Shown here piece by piece: positions 56,801 to 64,000 of a stretch of 64,000 nucleotides of DNA. The notes beneath the pieces are model-generated. The model saw only the letters and a list, made by a program, of their open reading frames with translations. It was not told the origin of the DNA and ran no database searches. The translations under genes and the position numbers were made by a program. This DNA is from a virus, in UHGV virus genome UHGV-1350217; one strand, 5' to 3'. Every line of letters starts with the position of its first letter. Position 1 is the first letter of the stretch.

Positions 56801-59800
56801 TGCTGTATCTAGAAATGCTGTAGATTATACTGCTGATGAATTGAAAGATTTAGGAGTTAATGATGAAACTATAGCTAGATATGGTAATATCAATCTACAA
56901 TTACAAGATACTCTTACTGATAATTATAAAGTTTCAGATGTAACTAAAGATTGGAATATACCTACTGAGAAACTTACAGAGATACAAGACTTTATACCTA
57001 GTCTAGATAAATTAGATAAAGATACTTTCAAAGACCTTACTAATGAACAGAAAGCCTTAGTATTAGATGTATTAAATAATAAAGCTGTAAAAGTTAAACC
57101 TGAGAATATCACAGGTAGAGTATATACTCCATCATTCTCTACTGATGAGAATCCTATAAAACTTAATGTAGAGCATAAACTTACAGATACTGGAGATTTA
57201 GACTTATCAGACTTTGCTGAAAGAGCTAAGAACTTAAATAAAGCCTTTAATTATAATGCTGATACAAATAAGAAAATTACTAGTACTGATGCCTATTATG
57301 GATTAAATGAGTTAAGCTTCTTACTTACTAATGCTAATAGTAATAATATAGCTACTAAAGAGGAGGATATCACTTCTGAAAGTAATAACTCACTTCTTAA
57401 GTCTTTACATAATATAGGTACAGCTATAGGTAAAGGAGAAGTAGATAAGCTAGAAGGTAATGATAGACAAGTCTTAGAAGGTTTAAAACAGTTAATTAAA
57501 GATGGAGCTATCAAGAATAAAGAGAATCAAGTAGTTAGTCTAGGTAGTGCAGAGAAACTACTAGATGAAGTAGATAAATATGCTAAAGTAGAACTAGAAA
57601 AAACTACTCCTGTTACTGATGAATTGTCTACTAATCCTAAGTTTAAAGACCAAGGTTCTCAAGCTATTAATAAAGTCTTTCATTCACAGAATGACTCTTT
57701 AGATACAAAAACTTCTGAGTTTGTTATGACTGCTCTAGGTGTAGCTGATATAGCTCAAGCTAGTAGTGTTAATATCAAAGTTATGAGAAAGAATCAAGCT
57801 ATTAATATGGAGGATGTATCCTCTGATATAGCTTCTACTGCTGCTAGAATAGTCAATAAGTTAAATGCTGTTATGCACGATATTATGCTTACTAGAGCTG
57901 AGAAAGCTAAGGCTTATAGATATCTAATGAGTCAGTTAAAAGAACTTACTGTTAGAGTTAATTCTAAAGTTTCAGCTATTAATTCAGTTCGTAATAAAAC
58001 AGGTCTATTAGATGACTTAAGAAAAGACCTAAAAAGAAAGCTAGAAAGCCAATCAGAAAATAAGACTGATGAGCAAATATCCAAAAGTGTAGAGGATATA
58101 ATTAATGACCAATATATTCTTGGTACTGAAGGTTTCTCAGCTGTAGTAATAGAGATACCATATAAAAATCCTAAAGGAACTAAATTACTTAATGATCTTA
58201 GTCCTGCGGAGTTAAGTAAAAATCTAGATTTAAAATTAGTACCTAAAAAGTCTTTCTCATTTAATAAAAGAGAACAAGTTACTACTGAGGATATAAATGC
58301 TTATAATAGCAAGTATAGTAATGGAGAACAGTATTATCTAATAGCTAAAATAGATAAGAATAATGGAACTATTAGCTTTGACCAATCTGAGGATAACTCT
58401 TTAGCTTTACTACAGAATGCTATTATTAATGACTCTAATCTATTATCTAAGGCTTTAGAGCTATTCACTGGAGTTAGGGAAGCTTTTAGTAATACTACTC
58501 TAGGTACTTTACTAGACCCTAAAGCTATAGATGAAGGGTATTTATTTAATCTACTAAGACAATATGATACAGCTTCTATTAAGACAGATGAACAGATAGA
58601 AGTTTTAAAAAATAACTATAAGAAATTACTAGAAAGTGATACAGCTACTCAAGAGGAAAAAGATAATGCTCTAAAAGATTTGTCTTTATATGTTGTACCT
58701 ATTAAAGATAATCAAGGTAATATAGTAAAAGATCAATATAGACGAATTACTAAAGCTGATGTTAATAAGAACATTCAAGCCTTTATGAATAACTCTATTC
58801 AAAGTATGGCTTTATCTCAAAAGAGAATGTTAGCATTAAGGACTATATTAAAGAATCCTGTTCCAGCAGTAGCTGATAGATTTAAATCTCTTATTCCTGA
58901 ATTAGCTGATATGCAAGTACTAGATAGCCCTTCTATTATAGTTAAATTAAGAGATATCTATGAATGGTATAAAAGAGACTTTGAAATAGCTAAAGCTCAA
59001 ATGGCTTATTTACTATCAGACAATCCTGATGAGATAGCTAGACTAATGCTAGCTATGAAATATATAGAGCAAGAGACTGTAAGAAAAGAACTTGGTAGAT
59101 TAAGCCAAAGTGAGTTTAATAAAGTTCGTATGCAGGGATACTCTCAATGGTCTGATAAGTTTAAAGTAATGCTTAGAAACTTCTATGGCTTTAATAAGAG
59201 CATAGAATATACAGAACAGCAATTTAATTCTAAACTAGAGGAAGTAAATAAAACAAGAGAAGCTAGAGATTTGCCTAAAATAACTCTAGAGGAAATAGAG
59301 ACTATGACTAAGCCTCTATTAAATGATTTCTCCCCAGTTAGCATTATAAGCAATATGCAATCTCTTATGTCTATAGCAGCTTCTAAAGAGTTAGCTAAAG
59401 GATTTAAACTAAGTAATAACTCACTTATGGATTTACTAGATGACTCTAAGTTAGACCTAAACAAATCAGATACTCTAGACTTTGATAGAAATCTCATAGG
59501 CTATGCTTATGATTTTAACCCTCTAGAAGCTAAAGGCTTTAAGTATTTTACTAATGGAAAGAATACTTCTATAGATTCTCTTAAACTAGGAGAATTGACA
59601 TATAGTAATTTTAAAGATAGATTGAATGCTTCCCTTATTAATAATGTTAAAAACTTTGAAAAGATGCCTAAAGGTCTATTTAATGATGTCTTTATATTCA
59701 ATAAGGATGGCTCTATAAATAGTGTTAAAGAACCTTATACTAGAGCTATGTTTATGAGTCTAATGGAAACTATGACTAAAGGTGTTAATCCATCTCCTAT

Positions 59801-62800
59801 TACTCTAGGTTCAGCTGAGACACTAGCTTCTAAAATAGCTAAGTATAAAGCAAACTCTACTGTTTCAGCTGCATATCAAGCTCTAAGAACTACTGATAAT
59901 ATCATTAATATCTTAGGACTTACTCCTAATAATCATAGGACTATTAGTGAACTTACAGCTATTAGAAGTCAATTAGCTATGTTTAATGAGTCTCTTATGG
60001 AAGGAATGCTATCTGGTCTAAATAAATTAGGTATAGAATGGGATGGAGGTAAAAGTGTCTATAAATTAAATGAAAAAGCACGTAAAGATACAGAAGCTCA
60101 AGTAGATAAGCTTATAAGAGAGCAAGTATTTGAAAGTAAAGTACAAGGAGTAAATTACTTCTCTGATGCTATCTTAAAGACTCAGTTCAATATAAATCAC
60201 GCTCCATTAAAAGAATATGCTGCTAGAGACCAGCAAGAAGCTATAGTAGCTAATGCTTTAGCGCCTAGATACTTTGATAAAGATAGAATGGAACAATCTA
60301 TAAAAATCTGGAAAGACCCTAATCTATTCTTTAACGAATTAAAACAAGACTTAGGTGATGACTTAATAGCTATAGGTCAAGATTATAATGATATAAAAGA
60401 GAAATTAGACCAATTTAGAGAATTAGCAGGTATAACTGATAAGAACTGGACTAATAAAGTAATTGTACTAATACCTAAAAGAGAGTTCTCTACAGATAAT
60501 CCTGCTCTAGCTCTATACAAAGATGAGGTATTACCTAAAATACTCAATACTATTGAGGATTACAGACAAGTATTAGTAAAGTTTAATTCAGATAGTGTTC
60601 AAGAGAACTTACCTGAATATACTGTATGGAATACTAGTGTTAATGAACGTATGAGTGTAGTAGGTATTATGAATCAGCAAGCTAATAAGAAACTAAGAGC
60701 TTTATATAAGAAAATCCAAGACGAAGCTAAAGCTGATGAATTAGTTAAGACTATGTATGGTCTAACTGATGACAAAGAAAATCCATACTACAATATGATG
60801 GGTAATCATAAAGACTATGATAAGCAACTCTTAGCTGGTCTAGGTTTAGTTACTGAGTTCTCTGAATATGTAAAGTTAGATGATGAAATTGGTAAAAAGA
60901 AAGAACTCGAGTTTAAAAAATTATCTAGCCAGACTAATCAAGCTATAAAAGATTTAGATAGTAAACATAATGAAGGTTCAGTATCAGATGAGGATTATAA
61001 TCTACAGTATCAAGAAATTATGAATAAATATGATACTGATAGAACGAGTATAGAGACTTCTTTAAATCAAGAGTTTGAGGACTTAGTACAGAAAAACCTA
61101 GATACTGAGATTGAACCTCTAATAGATACTTTACAGAAAGACTATTTCTCACAGATAGATGATGACCTAGAAGTATTAAAAGCTATAACAGCTGCTAATA
61201 AAGTAGAGAAGTTCTTTGGAAAAGATGGAATACTTACTACTTCTAGTAAATTAGCCTTTATTACAGCAGCTAGATTATATCATAAGAATATGACTTTTGA
61301 TGAGTTTAATGAAGCTCTTAAAGCTCTAGCTAATATAGAAATAGATGGTCAATCCTTTGGGCCTGTATCTAGACAAGCTGTAGAAAGTATGAATATATTT
61401 ACGACTAGAGTAGCTCAAGCAGCTGGTATAGCATTAGGTAAGATACTTCCTAATATGCTATTACAAGATGTCTATAAAGCTACTGGAGAGAGTGTCTTTA
61501 AAGCTATGTATAGTACTGAGTTAAATAATGTAATTATTTCAGCTAAAGAGACAATACCTAATAATATGACAGTAAAAGGCTTACTACTAGAAAAGCTAAT
61601 TAAGATTGCTCTAGATAAGTTTAGACTTACTGCTCAAGATACAAGTCCTAAGACAATGAAAACTGTAGAATCTATAGTAAGACTAATGCTCACTAAAGCA
61701 ATAGATTCTATACCAGATAATAATCTAATAATTGGCAAAACTCTTAATGAAATAACTCCTCATATGATTGCTAGACTAAGAAAAATCTCTAAACCAATAT
61801 TACAGTTATTTAACTATGGTAGTGGTTTAAAGAACAATGCTAGTGGGTTTGTATTTTCATTCTTTGAGGATTCTTTACTAAATGTCCTAGATAAAGCCTA
61901 TGAGAAAGGTAAAGAAATACCTAGTACCAAGTATACTAGTATGACTGATATCTTTGATGATAAAGATATAGCAATACTAACTATACTAGGTATAGATAAC
62001 TATAAAGACTTAGTTCAATATATAGATACTAAAACTAAGTCATTTAATACTAATAAATTAGATTTAGCATTAAGTAACATAGGTAGTCTTATGGAGAGTA
62101 CTGTTGGAGCAGCGTTGAACGATATACTTCCATATCAAACTGAACTATCTAATACTTATCTAGATATAGCTAAATATTATTTTCAGCTATTCTGCGGTTC
62201 TTTAGCTAGAGAATTAAAGCTAGATATTAATAATGTACTAGGTAACTTTACTGATGATAATGGTAAAGTTCTATATGGCTTTAAAATCTCTGATATATAT
62301 AAAGAGGATTTCTCTAAAGCTATTAAGAAACTTCTTAAGAATGAAAGAACTAGAAACTATGCAGGTATCTTTATTAAGTCTTTCATAGGTGATAATGCTG
62401 ATGTAGATGAAGCTACTTTAATGTCATTTTTCTCTAAAGTATCTACTAAATCAGGTTCTAATGGATATACTTCACTAGCTACTAAAGCTAAAGGTAATGA
62501 TGTATATCTAGTCTTTACAGATAAAGCAGTACTTACTAATCTAGGTCAATCTATTGATGCTAGAATTATGGCTAGAGTTCAAAAGAAACTCATAGATGGA
62601 GGTATTATCTATGGAGAAAATAACTTTGACGCTATCACTACTGACCCTAGATTTCATCCTTTAATAGCTAGAATGATGAATGAAGCCTTAGGTGAGATAA
62701 TATTGCATTTTAAAAGAGATAACTGGGGATATAATCTCTTATCTATGGCTGAGGATTTAAGTAATGATATTCCTACCCTAATGGATTTAAACCATCTAGA

Positions 62801-64000
62801 TAATGGAGAAATGCACGCTAGAGTAGAAAGCTTACAGCATAGAGCTAAGCTAGCTAAATCTAATATTATCAATACAGCCAATGATATTAGAGCTTATGGT
62901 ATGACTGTAGATAATTTCTCTATTAGATATAAAGATGGAACTACAGCTTATAAATATAGACCAGATGATAAAACTAAAGAGAAAGCCTTAAAGAGATTGA
63001 ATACTTATAATCCTACACAAGTAACCTCAGCAGGTAGACAATTAGACTTTATGGTTAATAACTTCCTTAGAGAGTATCTAAACATACCTACTTTATATGA
63101 GAATAAAGATACTAGCTTGGCTATAGCAGCTAGAAAGAAAGTATTACTTAGCTTTAAAACTTTAATAGACCTAATGCCTAATAATACTCGTAAAGGCTTA
63201 CAAGACTTTAGGGATATGATAGATAATATTCTTAAGAATAATCAGCTAAGTACTCTAGACTATACTAAGTTATTAAATAAACTAGGTTCTATACCTAATA
63301 TTAGAAATACTCTAAATAGTATAATTGATGAGTTTTTTACTGATAAGTCTAAGATATCTATAGATTCTAAATTAGTTCATTCTCCATACTCATCTTTATT
63401 TCAAAAGACAGAGCAGAGATATTGGGCTTCTAGAGCATTTAAAGATGGTCTAGACTCCTTAGAAAAGACATTAGAGTTTAATAGATTTCATATTAATAGC
63501 AATAGAGCTAGAAGGTTAGCATTAAACTTTAATGCTAATAAGAATATCTTTACACCTACTTTAGATGATAAAAATAACTTAATCTTAACTAATGCTAATG
63601 GAGATATAGTTACATTAGACAGCACAGGATTAACATTAACAGACTCTAAAAATAATGCTACCAATCTTAAAGTAATGTCAGCTAATATCATTCATATGAC
63701 TAAAGAATTAGCTATGAAGCTATCTACAGAGCAGAAAGATAATACTCCTATAAAAGACCAAATAGAGAACTTTAAGAATAAAGGCTTTACTGTAATAGAT
63801 TTAAGAAGTAATCCTAATGAGTTTATTCATATCTCAAAGGATAGTAATACTATCTCAGCTGAAGTAGGTGCTGAGAAGCTATATAATGCCTTTAAAAACT
63901 TCACTACTCCTGCAAGACTATTTGAACTAGCTCAGACATATAAAGACTTGACTAAGTCAGAACTAGGTAAAGCAGTCATAGAAGCTTTTGAACATTCATA
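53883..64000 (+). CDS. giant virion RNA polymerase (N4 vRNAP-like), 3'-partial (>3372 aa within the window)
   Basis: I translated frame 0 from 53883 to 54240 and from 58740 to the window end; no stop was found. Motif A-like EIDGQSFGP has its Asp at 61344-61346. Motif B RLRKISKPILQLFNYGSG spans 61779-61820 and has the exact T7 spacing R-x3-K-x7-YG. It is the last gene of the late operon, as in N4. Confidence 0.8.
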   Translation, partial: MYNENDENQQEYNKPTSKDKSSSISLMNTLSDAFKQNGGVPQELENSTVRNFFNTNYAPIFKPANQVKAERATEVVKDILQRQGFPSTPEDDAAARIAADTTYAPQYQQLELNEQRLDLISQKNKQDLDNAEHMNKLKLLDALSPQALADIGYGSKGSYSMSPEERAAYVRKMTADPYKQAMQLAEIKATDDRLKAARGLTIINDLNDRFKIEQQREALNRDKENLTTDLASLASYNNYMKEINPAFTSTTFETGNPLEKNPDYSITANIADQWGEFYRDTLGVGQLASEGASDLAKLAVRKAKNWNKSVSDIATEVLQEDYELNKQRQAGKSTGHPIDDFLAGAIRGSGKAAKDRNAVNRFTIDLMKADYDASDGALSTVKNIGGDLLGASGQFIAGSTPEVLSALVPGGLVNKATEKAAAKYGEKVAMEAAGKDLINATRATTEALDKLKSTAPKAMTDKVIAEVPKRNELFKAMQDKFNQDFRAIKKSTDLTRKEKLEKLQALRRQRNVELTSTENNNLIKAYAKATDAEKARMLSAYKESLKENGFKEANAAAFRSEYAANKALHTNAISKVEEANKKLADTMEKYHIDPTTRTISDKGKELLGKEFAAEFQANSKRYSPLANAFRTLTPTAAVVAERNARQAMANRLGIDERDLVQVVDSGDFISNMPLAYVYSALNTLEATNLLEGAFKGAGLKDIFSTTKKFLTGVDDTTIAATKQATKEAASRTMKERASELATRLKDKPLKEVRDITTKMFGLASKTLKSTAKVAGKRGLYGFANEGTAEFLQEYSEQLQQNGFNLQEILNPQTLEQAKEAGLIGGLTGGTTGTLSTGSHLVRNVYDKGIKPLATSLKDKWLEHKEAKADEKTEATRTTTNYEASHNNDGSVIANTTSPAKVIEDSLNTNLNNNTIKKIASEAQIRQAKKNQDFFDNDKPKTKADIDRHTDDLMQEYKYAPEKRPEVRDAVVNTAVSRNAVDYTADELKDLGVNDETIARYGNINLQLQDTLTDNYKVSDVTKDWNIPTEKLTEIQDFIPSLDKLDKDTFKDLTNEQKALVLDVLNNKAVKVKPENITGRVYTPSFSTDENPIKLNVEHKLTDTGDLDLSDFAERAKNLNKAFNYNADTNKKITSTDAYYGLNELSFLLTNANSNNIATKEEDITSESNNSLLKSLHNIGTAIGKGEVDKLEGNDRQVLEGLKQLIKDGAIKNKENQVVSLGSAEKLLDEVDKYAKVELEKTTPVTDELSTNPKFKDQGSQAINKVFHSQNDSLDTKTSEFVMTALGVADIAQASSVNIKVMRKNQAINMEDVSSDIASTAARIVNKLNAVMHDIMLTRAEKAKAYRYLMSQLKELTVRVNSKVSAINSVRNKTGLLDDLRKDLKRKLESQSENKTDEQISKSVEDIINDQYILGTEGFSAVVIEIPYKNPKGTKLLNDLSPAELSKNLDLKLVPKKSFSFNKREQVTTEDINAYNSKYSNGEQYYLIAKIDKNNGTISFDQSEDNSLALLQNAIINDSNLLSKALELFTGVREAFSNTTLGTLLDPKAIDEGYLFNLLRQYDTASIKTDEQIEVLKNNYKKLLESDTATQEEKDNALKDLSLYVVPIKDNQGNIVKDQYRRITKADVNKNIQAFMNNSIQSMALSQKRMLALRTILKNPVPAVADRFKSLIPELADMQVLDSPSIIVKLRDIYEWYKRDFEIAKAQMAYLLSDNPDEIARLMLAMKYIEQETVRKELGRLSQSEFNKVRMQGYSQWSDKFKVMLRNFYGFNKSIEYTEQQFNSKLEEVNKTREARDLPKITLEEIETMTKPLLNDFSPVSIISNMQSLMSIAASKELAKGFKLSNNSLMDLLDDSKLDLNKSDTLDFDRNLIGYAYDFNPLEAKGFKYFTNGKNTSIDSLKLGELTYSNFKDRLNASLINNVKNFEKMPKGLFNDVFIFNKDGSINSVKEPYTRAMFMSLMETMTKGVNPSPITLGSAETLASKIAKYKANSTVSAAYQALRTTDNIINILGLTPNNHRTISELTAIRSQLAMFNESLMEGMLSGLNKLGIEWDGGKSVYKLNEKARKDTEAQVDKLIREQVFESKVQGVNYFSDAILKTQFNINHAPLKEYAARDQQEAIVANALAPRYFDKDRMEQSIKIWKDPNLFFNELKQDLGDDLIAIGQDYNDIKEKLDQFRELAGITDKNWTNKVIVLIPKREFSTDNPALALYKDEVLPKILNTIEDYRQVLVKFNSDSVQENLPEYTVWNTSVNERMSVVGIMNQQANKKLRALYKKIQDEAKADELVKTMYGLTDDKENPYYNMMGNHKDYDKQLLAGLGLVTEFSEYVKLDDEIGKKKELEFKKLSSQTNQAIKDLDSKHNEGSVSDEDYNLQYQEIMNKYDTDRTSIETSLNQEFEDLVQKNLDTEIEPLIDTLQKDYFSQIDDDLEVLKAITAANKVEKFFGKDGILTTSSKLAFITAARLYHKNMTFDEFNEALKALANIEIDGQSFGPVSRQAVESMNIFTTRVAQAAGIALGKILPNMLLQDVYKATGESVFKAMYSTELNNVIISAKETIPNNMTVKGLLLEKLIKIALDKFRLTAQDTSPKTMKTVESIVRLMLTKAIDSIPDNNLIIGKTLNEITPHMIARLRKISKPILQLFNYGSGLKNNASGFVFSFFEDSLLNVLDKAYEKGKEIPSTKYTSMTDIFDDKDIAILTILGIDNYKDLVQYIDTKTKSFNTNKLDLALSNIGSLMESTVGAALNDILPYQTELSNTYLDIAKYYFQLFCGSLARELKLDINNVLGNFTDDNGKVLYGFKISDIYKEDFSKAIKKLLKNERTRNYAGIFIKSFIGDNADVDEATLMSFFSKVSTKSGSNGYTSLATKAKGNDVYLVFTDKAVLTNLGQSIDARIMARVQKKLIDGGIIYGENNFDAITTDPRFHPLIARMMNEALGEIILHFKRDNWGYNLLSMAEDLSNDIPTLMDLNHLDNGEMHARVESLQHRAKLAKSNIINTANDIRAYGMTVDNFSIRYKDGTTAYKYRPDDKTKEKALKRLNTYNPTQVTSAGRQLDFMVNNFLREYLNIPTLYENKDTSLAIAARKKVLLSFKTLIDLMPNNTRKGLQDFRDMIDNILKNNQLSTLDYTKLLNKLGSIPNIRNTLNSIIDEFFTDKSKISIDSKLVHSPYSSLFQKTEQRYWASRAFKDGLDSLEKTLEFNRFHINSNRARRLALNFNANKNIFTPTLDDKNNLILTNANGDIVTLDSTGLTLTDSKNNATNLKVMSANIIHMTKELAMKLSTEQKDNTPIKDQIENFKNKGFTVIDLRSNPNEFIHISKDSNTISAEVGAEKLYNAFKNFTTPARLFELAQTYKDLTKSELGKAVIEAFEHS

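Noticed and set aside
1-64000. Prophage, integrase, transposase, CRISPR array or defence-island content.
   Set aside because: No tyrosine or serine recombinase motifs, no repeat-spacer arrays and no bacterial housekeeping genes were seen. The architecture is that of a lytic N4-like virion genome.

Overview
This window reads as most of an AT-rich (about 30% GC) lytic phage genome with N4-like (Schitoviridae-type) architecture. The left ~29.7 kb (703-29658) is a minus-strand block of early and replication genes. Recognisable products there are an HU-like protein, an SSB candidate, a Sak4-like ATPase, a PD-(D/E)XK nuclease, an SF1 helicase, a primase, dCMP deaminase, a RuvC-like resolvase, a split family-A DNA polymerase and a single-chain 620-aa T7-like RNA polymerase. 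A ~430-bp non-coding divergent junction (29659-30090) follows. The right part (30091 onward) is a plus-strand late block: a terminase small subunit candidate, terminase large subunit, tail fibre proteins, a lysis cassette with two spanin-like pairs, portal, scaffold, major capsid, and large internal virion proteins, one with a CHAP domain. It ends in a giant ORF of more than 3370 aa that runs off the window and carries T7-superfamily RNAP motifs A and B, i.e. a virion-packaged RNA polymerase. I found no tRNA, CRISPR array, integrase or transposase. Several non-coding hairpin motifs recur, and there are two tandem paralog families. All calls come from reading the sequence and motifs by eye; no database searches were run.
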